From Desulfobacterales bacterium (GTDB taxonomy: Bacteria > Desulfobacterota > Desulfobacteria > Desulfobacterales > SpSt-501), in the NCBI GenBank assembly GCA_030834695.1, contig JAUQXK010000097.1, forward strand, positions 24,823 to 88,822: 64,000 nucleotides of DNA, written 5' to 3'. The notes under the pieces were generated by a model. It saw nothing but the letters and a program-made list of their open reading frames with translations. It ran no database searches and was not told the origin of the DNA. The translations under genes were made by a program, and so were the position numbers. Numbering within the stretch: position 1 is the stretch's first letter; each line of letters starts with the position of its first letter. This document shows positions 35,421-45,200 of the stretch, piece by piece.

Positions 35421-36041
35421 ATGACGGCGGAACCGGATCCGAATCGCAAGAACGTCCTCGATGACGACACCGAACTGATCCAGGCGATCAATGCCGGAAA
35501 CACGCAGCGATTCCAGGAATTGGTCCAGCGCTATGAGCAGAAGCTGTACACCTTCGGCCGGCGCATGTGCCGGGACGAGTCCGATGCGGAGGACCTGGTC
35601 CAGGACACCTTTCTAAACGTCTACCGCTATCTCAAGGATTTCCGTTACGAAACCAAGTTCAAGAACTGGCTCTACCGGGTGGCCGCGAACACCGCGCTTA
35701 AAAAGCGCCGGCGCTCCAAGTTTGCGCGCGAACCGGAACTGCCGCTGGAAGAACTGATCGAGCGCGAGGAGATCGCCGCTCCCGAGGAAGCCCCGGAATG
35801 GGCGCGGATGCCCCTGCAGCAGTTGCTCAACGAGGAACTGCTGGGAATCCTGCACCAGGCGATCTGGTCGCTTCCGGAAAAATACCGGATCGTGGTGATC
35901 CTGCGCGACATCGAAGAGTTCAGCACCGAGGACACCGCTCAAATTTTGAATCTGTCGCCTGCCAACGTCAAGGTGCGCCTGCACCGGGCGCGGTTGTTCC
36001 TGAGAGACAAGCTGAAAGGATATTTTGACCGTGATGTGTGA
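35421..36041 (+). CDS. ECF-type RNA polymerase sigma factor
   Basis: 206 aa. Region 2 (DAEDLVQDTFLNVYRYL, NWLYRVAANTAL) and region 4 (ILRDIEEFSTEDTAQILNLSPANVKVRLHRAR). Confidence 0.9.
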   Translation: MTAEPDPNRKNVLDDDTELIQAINAGNTQRFQELVQRYEQKLYTFGRRMCRDESDAEDLVQDTFLNVYRYLKDFRYETKFKNWLYRVAANTALKKRRRSKFAREPELPLEELIEREEIAAPEEAPEWARMPLQQLLNEELLGILHQAIWSLPEKYRIVVILRDIEEFSTEDTAQILNLSPANVKVRLHRARLFLRDKLKGYFDRDV

Positions 36042-36288
36042 CCCCCGCAGCCCCTCGCATTGCCTGGATCTTTTCGACAAACTATCGGAGTACATCGACG
36101 GGGAGATGGATGAGGCCGAGCGCCGCGAAATCGAAATCCATATCTCCCAGTGCGTCGCCTGCTTCGGGTGCCTGGAATCCCTCAGACGAACCATTGCGCT
36201 GTGCAAACAGGCCGGCCCCCAGACGGTGCCCGCGGTATTCTCCGCAAAGCTGCAAACCATGATTCAGCATATCCAGAGCGCTCCCTGA
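36025..36288 (+). CDS. soluble ZAS-type (RsrA-like) anti-sigma factor
   Basis: 87 aa with no TM segment; overlaps the sigma stop. C13...H39-x3-C43-x2-C46 reproduces the ZAS H-x3-C-x2-C motif and the 26-residue Cys-to-His spacing of RsrA. Confidence 0.7.
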   Translation: MTVMCDPRSPSHCLDLFDKLSEYIDGEMDEAERREIEIHISQCVACFGCLESLRRTIALCKQAGPQTVPAVFSAKLQTMIQHIQSAP

Positions 36289-36443
36289 CACGGATCTTCC
36301 CTACCCTCGCCCTGAGAAGTTGCCGCGTGCCGATGCCGGCTCGGCCGGTTGACATTTCAAGACGCGGAGCTTAAATTCCCCCCCAGCGATGGACAATCAT
36401 CCGAACCCATTGATTTATCGGCATTATTTGGAAATGAGGCCCT

Positions 36444-36671
36444 ATGCGGCTCAGTGAGCTCAAGCAAGGCCAGGCAGCCACGATTGTGCGCGTCGGCGGC
36501 TCCGGCCTTCTCCGCCGGCGGATCCTCGAAATGGGGATCGTCAAAGGAACCGAGGTTTACGTCGAAAAATACGCCCCTTTGAAGGATCCGGTGGAGTTGA
36601 TCGTCAAGGGCTATCACGTCTCCCTGCGCGTGGAAGAAGCCTCCCAGATCGATGTGGTCAATGTGGCCTGA
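36444..36671 (+). CDS. feoA: ferrous iron transport protein A
   Basis: 75 aa, SH3-like FeoA (LSELKQGQAATIVRV...RRRILEMGIVKGTEV). Confidence 0.9.
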   Translation: MRLSELKQGQAATIVRVGGSGLLRRRILEMGIVKGTEVYVEKYAPLKDPVELIVKGYHVSLRVEEASQIDVVNVA

Positions 36672-36709
36672 ACGCCGATGCAAAACTGCCTTCCACGCCG
36701 GAAATCCCC

Positions 36710-38893
36710 GTGACGTCTAAACACCTCACCATTGCCCTGGCCGGCAATCCCAATTCGGGCAAGACCACCATCTTCAACAACCTGACCGGCACCCGCCAGA
36801 AGGTGGGCAACTGGCCGGGGGTCACCGTCGAGAAAAAGGAGGGCCGCATCAACCGATTCGGCTACGACCTTACGGTGGTGGATCTGCCGGGCACTTACAG
36901 CCTGACCCCCTTCTCCATCGAAGAGGTGATCGCCCGCAACTTCCTTCTGGACGAAACCCCCGACGTCGTCATCGATATCATCGATGCCTCGAATCTGGAA
37001 CGCAGCCTCTACCTGGCCACTCAGATCCGGGAACTGGACTGCAAGGTGCTCTTCGCCCTCAACATGGCGGACATGGCCCAGGCGCGCGGCACGAAGATCG
37101 ACGCCCGCAAAATGTCCGAGTTGCTGGACGTGCCGGTGATGTTCACCGTGGGCAACCGCAATGAAGGCATGGACGATCTGCTGCGGGCGGCGATCGACCT
37201 GGCCGAGTCCGCCGCCCCGCTGCCGCGCAGCCGGCGGGTGAAGTACACGCATGACATCGAGGAAGCCATCGGCCGCCTGCGCGATTTCATGCTGAACCGG
37301 ACCGACGGGGACCTGCCTTATCCGCCGCGATGGACCGCCATCAAGCTGATCGAGGACGACCAGATCGTCAAGGAGCGCCTGGTCGCCGCCGCGCCCGCAG
37401 CCGGCAGCGCGCTCCTGGAGGCCGGCCGGGCCGAGCGCCGGCACCTATCCGCGCGTTACGACGAGGATCCGCAGATCGTCATGACCGACGAGCGCTACGG
37501 TTTCATCGCCGGCATCGTGCGCGAGGTGCAGGCTTCCGGCACCCGCCAGCGCGTGGACCTCTCGCGCACGATCGACCTGGTGCTCACTCACCGCATCTTC
37601 GGTTTCCCGCTTTTCGTTTTCTTCATCTGGGCCATGTTTCAGCTCACGTTCACGTTGGGCGAGTACCCCGTGCAGTGGATCGAAGCCGGCGTGAAGCTGC
37701 TCACCGAGGCGGTCGGCGGTTTTCTACCGCAGGGGGAGCTGCGCGGCCTGGTCTTGGACGGGGTCATCGCAGGGGTCGGCAGCGTGATCGTTTTCCTGCC
37801 CAACATCCTGATCCTCTTCCTGTGCATCGCCATCTTCGAGGACACCGGCTACATGGCGCGCTCGGCCTTCCTGATGGACCGGATCATGCATCTGATCGGG
37901 CTGCACGGCAAGTCTTTCATTCCGATGCTCATGGGGTTCGGCTGCAATGTGCCGGCCATCATGGCCGCGCGCACCCTGGAAAGCGAGAAGGACCGCATCC
38001 TGACCATCCTGATCACCCCGTTCATGTCCTGCTCCGCCAAGCTGCCGGTCTACGTCGTGCTGGCCGGCGCCTTTTTCGGCGCGCGCGCCGGCACGGTGAT
38101 CTTCGGCCTTTACCTGTTGGGGATCGCACTGTCGATCCTCACCGGGCGGCTTTTCCGCTCCACCCTGCTCAAAGGCGCGGATGCTCCCTTCGTCATGGAA
38201 CTACCCCCTTACCGCATGCCCATGGCCAAAAGCCTCCTGATCCACATGTGGGACCGCAGCAAAATCTTTTTGCGCAAGATGGGCCAAATCATTCTGCTCG
38301 GGTCGGTGATCATCTGGGCCCTTTCCACATTCCCCCGCGAGGGTTCCCTCAAGCGGGACTACGCGGCGGAGATCCGGCAGGCGGCTGCCGTCGCGGAAGC
38401 CCGCCGGGCAGTGGCCGGCGACGCCGAGAGCCGCGAAATCGAAGAAGTCTATGCGGAAACCGTGGCGGCCCTTCGGCGTCTGGAAAAATCCGACCGGACC
38501 GAGAATTCCTTGATCGGCCGCATCGGCCGCTTCGTCGAGCCGGCCTTCGCCCCGCTCGGGATCGACTGGCGCGGCGGCGTGGCCCTGCTTTCCGGCTTCG
38601 TGGCCAAGGAGATCGTTGTCAGCACCCTGGGGGTGCTGCATGCGGTGGGCGACAGCGAGGAAGAGGGCGCGCTCGAAAAAGCCCTGGCGGAAGCCGGCAT
38701 GACGCCGCTCTCGGCCCTGTCCATGATGGTCTTCGTGCTGCTCTACCTGCCCTGTCTCGCCACCACGGCCGCCATCCGCCGGGAGACCGGATCCTACCGT
38801 TGGATGTTCTTCAGCATCGGCTACAGCACCTCGGTGGCCTGGCTGGCCGCATTCCTGATATACCAGGCAGGCCGTCTGCTCGGCTTCAGTTGA
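36710..38893 (+). CDS. feoB: ferrous iron transporter FeoB
   Basis: 727 aa. N-terminal G-domain (GNPNSGKTT, DLPGTYSL) and a polytopic membrane domain. Confidence 0.95.
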   Translation: MTSKHLTIALAGNPNSGKTTIFNNLTGTRQKVGNWPGVTVEKKEGRINRFGYDLTVVDLPGTYSLTPFSIEEVIARNFLLDETPDVVIDIIDASNLERSLYLATQIRELDCKVLFALNMADMAQARGTKIDARKMSELLDVPVMFTVGNRNEGMDDLLRAAIDLAESAAPLPRSRRVKYTHDIEEAIGRLRDFMLNRTDGDLPYPPRWTAIKLIEDDQIVKERLVAAAPAAGSALLEAGRAERRHLSARYDEDPQIVMTDERYGFIAGIVREVQASGTRQRVDLSRTIDLVLTHRIFGFPLFVFFIWAMFQLTFTLGEYPVQWIEAGVKLLTEAVGGFLPQGELRGLVLDGVIAGVGSVIVFLPNILILFLCIAIFEDTGYMARSAFLMDRIMHLIGLHGKSFIPMLMGFGCNVPAIMAARTLESEKDRILTILITPFMSCSAKLPVYVVLAGAFFGARAGTVIFGLYLLGIALSILTGRLFRSTLLKGADAPFVMELPPYRMPMAKSLLIHMWDRSKIFLRKMGQIILLGSVIIWALSTFPREGSLKRDYAAEIRQAAAVAEARRAVAGDAESREIEEVYAETVAALRRLEKSDRTENSLIGRIGRFVEPAFAPLGIDWRGGVALLSGFVAKEIVVSTLGVLHAVGDSEEEGALEKALAEAGMTPLSALSMMVFVLLYLPCLATTAAIRRETGSYRWMFFSIGYSTSVAWLAAFLIYQAGRLLGFS

Positions 38894-39015
38894 ACCGCAC
38901 GGCACGCTCCTCTTAGGCTTTCCCTTTCTGATGGGTAGCCCTGCAGGGTCGATCGGACGATCCGAAGCAGGCAGAGCTCGCACCAACCTTCGATTTCGGC
39001 ATGAATTTCCGGTTG

Positions 39016-39036
39016 AAAATACATGATCGACCGTAT
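39016..39036. promoter_or_regulatory. shared 21-nt motif AAAATACATGATCGACCGTAT (site 1)
   Basis: 19/21 identical to 40535-40555. It contains TAC-N10-GTA (7-2-7-like geometry). It lies ~225 bp upstream of the LuxR-type gene. Confidence 0.35.
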
Positions 39037-39260
39037 TCAAACGGCCATCGCCCAATGATAGAGTGCCGACAATCGAGGTGACCACCCCGCTGCTTGGTCT
39101 TAACTGAGCCAACTCACATCCGGTGTTGGTTTCAAAAATAATAGGATCGTTCCACATCAACAACCACGCATTCCATGCGGTGAACGCAAGCGGAAATGTC
39201 AATTTCGAAAAACCGGCGGATACACCGCCGCGGACGGCTACGGTGATGGGAGAGGCTTAT

Positions 39261-39935
39261 ATGTTAATCGAGATGCATCCCAATCCACCCGGGGATTCGG
39301 GCGAAGGAATAATCGCTCCCGTCGCCCGCGAGTTCACCCAAACCCGCCCGCCGGGAAATTCGGAACCGCTGGAATCGGCACTTAGAATGATGGCGCGGAA
39401 GGAGGAGGAAATCCATCGCTACAAGACCCAACTCGAGCGGGTAAACCGGGAGTTGGTCCAGACGAACCAGGCGCTTTCCGTGATGGCCCGGAACATGGAC
39501 AATAAGCGCCATCAACTTGTCCAGCAGATCACCCACACCGTATCGTCGCGGATCCTGCCGGCCATCGAGGAGATGCAACATATCAAAATGCCAGAAAAAT
39601 ATCGGGTCCAGCTGGATGTCATCCGCACCTGCCTGAATGAATTGATTCCCGACGCTGCCGTGAGCTCCGGGGTGACGGCCGCACTTTCCAAAACGGAGCT
39701 GCGCGTGGCCGTTATGATCCGGAACGGCTTCAGCACGCTTGAAATCAGCCGAATGCTCAATTTATCGGATCTCACCGTAAAGACCCACCGCAGAAACATT
39801 CGCCGGAAATTGAAAATGAGCAACTCCAAAATCAACCTGTCCACCTATCTCAAATTAAAGCTGGGGAACCCCCGGCTTTTTATTCGCGCGACACGCGAGG
39901 CGGGCCTTGGGGAATTAAAGGCTGATATTCGTTAG
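39261..39935 (+). CDS. LuxR/NarL-type HTH transcriptional regulator with coiled-coil N-terminal region
   Basis: ORF 39123..39935; ATG 39261 is preferred (GGGAGAGG 5 nt upstream). C-terminal LSKTELRVAVMIRNGFSTLEISRMLNLSDLTVKTHRRNIRRKL. There is no receiver domain. Confidence 0.75.
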   Translation: MLIEMHPNPPGDSGEGIIAPVAREFTQTRPPGNSEPLESALRMMARKEEEIHRYKTQLERVNRELVQTNQALSVMARNMDNKRHQLVQQITHTVSSRILPAIEEMQHIKMPEKYRVQLDVIRTCLNELIPDAAVSSGVTAALSKTELRVAVMIRNGFSTLEISRMLNLSDLTVKTHRRNIRRKLKMSNSKINLSTYLKLKLGNPRLFIRATREAGLGELKADIR

Positions 39936-40072
39936 ATCGCTTTCCCTGAATCGTAAACCAAAACACCGCAACGCCGGTTGCGGCGCCTGCATTCAAAACA
40001 CGGACCTCCCGGTTGAACATCTTCACATCGCGCTACGAGGGTGGACCTTTTCTGCATCATTCGTGACGCCCT

Positions 40073-40447
40073 ATGATCTCAGAACGGAGACGGCATCCCC
40101 GCCATTTCTTGAATCAAGAAGCATTTGCAGCACTTGGCAGTGAGTACAGCCGGGTCGGCAAAATCCTCAATATCAGCCTGGGAGGATTGGCCTTCGAGTA
40201 CATCGTCTTTCAGGAAATCGATGGGGACAATTCAACCGTAGAGATTTTTTTAACCTCCGGTGAAATTTATCTCAACCAGGTTCCGTGTCGGGTGGTTTCC
40301 GATCAAGGGATCATTGTCAATCACGATCGGGTCAGGAATTTAAAGCGTCTTTCCACAAGGGTCTGCCGAATCCAATTCACTTCACTATCCGGCACGCAGA
40401 AAGACGAAATCGAACAATTTATCGACACCTACGCCGGCGACGCGTAG
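40073..40447 (+). CDS. PilZ-domain protein (putative c-di-GMP receptor)
   Basis: 124 aa. RRRHPR (RxxxR) and NISLGGLAF (D/NxSxxG) motifs. Confidence 0.75.
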   Translation: MISERRRHPRHFLNQEAFAALGSEYSRVGKILNISLGGLAFEYIVFQEIDGDNSTVEIFLTSGEIYLNQVPCRVVSDQGIIVNHDRVRNLKRLSTRVCRIQFTSLSGTQKDEIEQFIDTYAGDA

Positions 40448-40534
40448 CGCCTGCACGATTTCACCGGCCTCCCGGCCCGGCACGGGGGCAAAGGCCGTCG
40501 TGCGGCCGAGGACCCGACCTCGTGTCGGACTTGC

Positions 40535-40555
40535 AAAATACATGATCGGCTGTAT
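40535..40555. promoter_or_regulatory. shared 21-nt motif AAAATACATGATCGGCTGTAT (site 2)
   Basis: Perfect ATACA-N8-TGTAT palindrome, 85 bp upstream of the OsmC-like gene. 19/21 identical to site 1. Confidence 0.35.
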
Positions 40556-40639
40556 GGGCAGGCGGGCTGGTTCTGATTAGTTTCAATTGGCGCATGCAGA
40601 GCATGCCGTCAGCCAGGCCAACACGAAAGGAACATAATA

Positions 40640-41218
40640 ATGGGACAAACAGCAAAAAAGGCAGATGACCCCAAAGCGGTCAACGGCGTCAACGTCGATG
40701 AGTTGTTCAGAACCATCGACGCCGTTAAAAAGACACCGGTCATAGCCAAATTCAAATTTCGGGCCAGCAACAAATGGATCGGCGGCGGACACAACCGAAC
40801 CACGATTCGAAATTTCTACGGAACCCAGCAGGAACACGCACGCAGCCAGCCCTTTGTTCTGGATGCGGATGAGCCGCCCGTTCTGTTGGGGGAGGACCGC
40901 GCACCCAATCCGGTGGAATACGCCCTGACCGCTTTGGCGGCCTGCGTGACCTCCTCCATCGTCTATCACGCGGCCGCCAAGGGCATTAAGATCCATTCGA
41001 TGGAATCGCGGCTGGAGGGAGATATCGATCTGCAGGGCTTCCTGGGGCTCCGGGACGACGTTCCGAGAGGTTACAAGGAAATCCGGATGTACTTCAAAAT
41101 CGATGCGGATGCCCCTCCGGAGAAACTGGAGGAGATCGTGCGCCTGGGCCCCACGTATTCACCGGTTTATGACACCATCACACGGGCAGTGCCCGTCAAG
41201 GTGCAGTTGGAGAACTGA
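40640..41218 (+). CDS. OsmC-family peroxiredoxin-like protein
   Basis: 192 aa. OsmC-fold motifs (PNPVEYALTALAACVTSS, SPVYDTI). GAAAGGA RBS. Confidence 0.85.
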   Translation: MGQTAKKADDPKAVNGVNVDELFRTIDAVKKTPVIAKFKFRASNKWIGGGHNRTTIRNFYGTQQEHARSQPFVLDADEPPVLLGEDRAPNPVEYALTALAACVTSSIVYHAAAKGIKIHSMESRLEGDIDLQGFLGLRDDVPRGYKEIRMYFKIDADAPPEKLEEIVRLGPTYSPVYDTITRAVPVKVQLEN

Positions 41219-41947
41219 CTGCTCCGCATTCCTGCTTGAAAGCGAGGAATCCAATGAAACACATGCCGAAAAGAGACACGACGGGTCGATGCCGCGGCAC
41301 CTGCCGCGACCGCGTACTCGAAGGACAGAAGAAACGCCAGAAAAGCATAAGCGCACAACCTTACAGCACGCCGTGCGAGACCAGCCCGCCTTGGACCTGG
41401 CAGAGAACCGAACAGCCGGAGGTTTGGGGCGGCCGCGTTTGATCGCCGCTCACAATCGGCAAGAGCCAAACGCGAAAGCCGTAGGCGCATTGCAGAACGA
41501 ACCGATGGATGGAGGGGGCGGCATTTGTCGCCCTCTCCATTCTTACGCAATTTGGCGGAATGGCGCCCGATTTTACGGTTTCAGGCCCGACCGGTTCGGG
41601 CGCCGAAATTCGAGCGCGCCTCGCGGATGGGGGGGCTATGTGAGGCCGTCCGGGGCGCATGCGCCGGCCGAGGGGGAGATCCGCTATCACCCAGGGCACC
41701 CCAAAAATATTTTAGGCTTTTAGGTTGAAGTGCCCGGGGTGTAGGGAGGAGGAAGAACAGATGAAGTTGGTTCGTTTCTGTTCGCCCCTTTTTTATCCCA
41801 CGGGATCAAGAGGTGTATATAGGGTCTGCACTGTATTTTTAGCGGTATGGAATTTCGCAGGACTCCGGTTGGCACTTAATAACAAACCCATCCGCCGGTA
41901 GGCTGATCGGGGAAATGGTGATGGCGGAATCGGGCAGGAGGCAGGCA

Positions 41948-42154
41948 ATGGCGACCAAATTGACAAGCCCGTCCTTGAAAAAGGCCGGGGAGCAGGAAGA
42001 AATTTTCGTTTTGAGAGCGCAGGATGCATCGGCGCCGCGCAGTGTGATCCTCTGGATCGCGGACAACCTGCATGCCCCGGACGACAAACTGAGGGACGCA
42101 TTCGAGTGTGCCCTCCGAATGCGCCGGCACCCCCAGACCAAGGCCGCCGATTGA
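41948..42154 (+). CDS. small hypothetical protein (68 aa)
   Basis: ORF 41915..42154 trimmed to ATG 41948, with AGGAGG 6 nt upstream. MATKLTSPSLKKAGEQEEIFVLRAQDASAPRSVILWIADNL... No family recognised. Confidence 0.4.
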   Translation: MATKLTSPSLKKAGEQEEIFVLRAQDASAPRSVILWIADNLHAPDDKLRDAFECALRMRRHPQTKAAD

Positions 42155-42278
42155 ACCCGCCAGAGGCGATCCAAGTGTGGAAGCCCAAAAGGGGGCGGGA
42201 CTGGCGGTACTGGCTGATCGGGTTCGTGGCCGGAGCCGCCGTATACGCGCTGGGATATTGGATCCTCGATCAATATTT

Positions 42279-45200
42279 CTAATCGGGGGAAGCTGCGGTG
42301 AACGGGAGGCTGACTTTCACGGACGTGCCCGCGCTGGGCCGGGTGCGGAGATTCAAGGTGCCGCCGCAGATTTCGGCCCGCTCCTGCATGCTTTTCAAAC
42401 CGTAGCCGCTCAATCGGTCCGGTCCGCCGAAGACGTTGCTCGTATCGAAACCGCACCCATTGTCTTCCACCTCGAATTCGAAATGAGTAGCGCTCTTTGT
42501 CAGGCGGATGGTGACCGCATCGGCTTGGCTGTGTCTGGCAACGTTGGTCAGCGCTTCCTGCATGACGCGGTAAAGCACGATTTTGAATTCCTCGGGGATG
42601 TCCTGCTCTTCGACGCCGATTTTACAAACGACCCGGATGTTTCCGAAGCGCTGGCAGAACTGCCGGGTGTACCACTCGATCGTGGCCAGAAACCCGAGGT
42701 CGTCAATCGTCAACGGGCGCAGATTGGCCGAGATGCGCTTGGTTTCCTTGATGGTGTCTGTCAGGTGGGAAATGAGGGCACCCATCGATTGCGCCCCGCA
42801 CGCCGGGTCCTGCTGCACCCGCTCGGCCCACTCCTCCAGGCCGAATTTAATGGCCGCCAGACTGCCTCCGATGCTGTCGTGCAGCTCCCGCGATACGGTC
42901 CGCCGGTCTGCCTCCAAGGCCTCCAGGCTCTTACGCGACAATTGGTGCAGCTGGGTCTGGATCTTTTTGCGGACCAGGATTTCGTTCCTCAAGGTCGACA
43001 CGGTGTCTTCCAGCTCCAGGGTACGGAGACGGACCATTTCCTCAAGCCTTTCGTTGGCCTCCTGCAGAGCGTCCGCGCTGCGCTGCAGGTCCCGTTCGTT
43101 CTGCATGCGCAGCAACGCCACGGTCACCTGGTCGGCCGCCGCCTTCATCAGGGTGAGGGCTTCCGGGCTGAACGTCTCACGGCTGCGGGTGCCGAAGGAC
43201 AGCGTGCCCAGCATACGGCCGTCCACGCCCGCCAGCGGGTGGCAGGCATATGCCTTGATCCCGTAGGATTTTACCAGTTCGGTGCGAACGTCAGCGGTGG
43301 TGGGGATGTGCTCCGCCACGATGCGCTTGCCGTCACGGGCCACGCAGCCGGAGACGGCGACGCCGTAGTCCAGCCACTCGATCCGGCGGGCCTCTTGTTC
43401 AGGGATGCCCGCCCAGGCGTTCAGCTGGAGTCGGCCCGGTTGTCCGTCGGCCACCAGAAAATTGAAAAAACAGTGGCAGTCCAAGTGGTTCATGACCCGA
43501 GCAGCTATGACCTTGATATGGTCCTGGGGGTTGCTCGCAGCCAACAGTTCCGCCGCCGTTTCGGCAAGCAGCCGGAAGCGCGCCTCGCTCGCGCGCAGGG
43601 CATCGTCGGCCTGCTTGTGCTCGGTGATGTCCTGGGTGATGCCGAACCCTCCCAGGAGCTTTCCATCGGCGTCAAACTCCAGCTCGGCCCGCTCGCGCAC
43701 CCATTTTACGGTGTCGCCGACGACGATGCGGTGTACGATGTTATAAGGCTCGCCGCGCAGGCCGGCCGACCATTTTCGATGCACGTAATCGCGGTCGTCC
43801 GGGTGAACGATCCCCAGAAACGTTTCATAGGACATGGGGTGCCCTTTGGGGACGCCGAAGATCCGATGATTCTCCTCGGACCACCGCAGCTCGTTGCGCT
43901 GCACATTCAAACGCCAGCTCCCGATCCGACCGACGGCCTGTGCCCAGTTCAGATCGGCCTGGCTTTCCCGCAGCCGCTGCTCCGCCGACTTCAGCTCGGT
44001 GATATCCAGCCCGTAGATGCGGACGCTCCGGGATTCCGGTATAAAGTGCAGCATCTGATGGTACCATCGATCGCCGATGGTGACCTCCCGTTCGAACTGG
44101 TACGAGCCGTGCACGGCGACGCCCCGTCTCACGGCATCCCAGCCAGCGAGCCATGGATGCTCCAGCCCGCGCTGCAGGAGATCCGGGAACAACCGCTGCG
44201 CGGAAGGGTTGCAGAACCGCACCTGCCCGTCCAGGTCCATTTCCGCAATCGGATTGGGGTTGAGGCGCGGAAAGCTGGCCAGATGGATGACCCTTTCTCG
44301 CGAGGTTTCCCGTTCGGTGACGTCGGTGGAGATACCGGTCATCAGACTTAGGCATTGCCCCGCGTCGAAGAAGCCAATGCCGGTTTCCTCAAGGATGACG
44401 AGACTTCCATCGGGCCGCACGAGCCGGTACCTCGTGGTGTAGGACGGGCGGTCCGGTGTCAGCGTTTTCAGCGTGGCGACGAAACGCTCTCGGTCCTCCG
44501 GGTGGACCCGCTGGAAAAACCCCCGGCCGGTGTCATGAACGGCTTCGTCTCCGTGCAATCCGAGCAGCGGCCCAGACTCCACCGAGCGCGTGACCTGATC
44601 GGTGGCCGGGTTCCATTCGAAAGCAAAGGAGCGGCTGACCTGGAGGGCCTGCCGCAGGCGCAACTCTCGTTTGCGCAGCTCCTCAACGGCATTTTTGCGC
44701 TCGGTGATATCCGTTTCCGAGCCAGCCATGCGCACGACCCGGCCGGCGACGTCACGCAGCGCGAGGCCGCGGTCGAAAATCCATTTCCATGATCCGTCTT
44801 TACAGCGGACCCGGTATTCTTCGGAAAAAACCGGGGTCCGGCCCTCGAAGTGTTCCTGGACCGCGTTCAGAACGCGTGCGACGTCTTCTGGATGGATGCG
44901 GCTGCGCCACTCCACCTCGCTGTCACTTAATTCATCCGGGGCATAGCCGCGCAGCGCTTTCCACTGCGGAGAGAAATAGACGCGCTGGCCGACCACGTCC
45001 CAATCCCAGATGGCGCCCTGCGCGCCGGCAACAACAAGTTCGTAACGCAGGTGGCTCTCGCGCAGCACATTCTCTGCCTGCCGCCGGTCCGAAATATCTC
45101 TGATGACCAGGTTCGTCCATTGAGCCGAACCGGGGCCGATCCCGAAAACGAGCGCTTCCGCCGGGAACCCCCTCCCGTCCTTGCGGCGCAAGGCTAACTC

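Noticed and set aside
36289-36443. Fur box upstream of feoA (GACAATCATCC..., ATTGATTTATCGGCATTATT).
   Set aside because: It resembles GATAATGATAATCATTATC only partially and has no clear 19-bp dyad. That is too weak to call.
41400-41720. Assignment of the structured gene-poor region to a known RNA family (tmRNA, RNase P RNA, SRP/4.5S, 6S, c-di-GMP GEMM-I).
   Set aside because: The signature sequences are not present (GAGGAAAGUCC for RNase P, the tag ORF plus the tRNA-like end for tmRNA, AGGUCAGGUCCGGAAGGAAGCAGCC for SRP, GACGCAAAGC for GEMM-I). It is kept only as an unclassified candidate in the findings.
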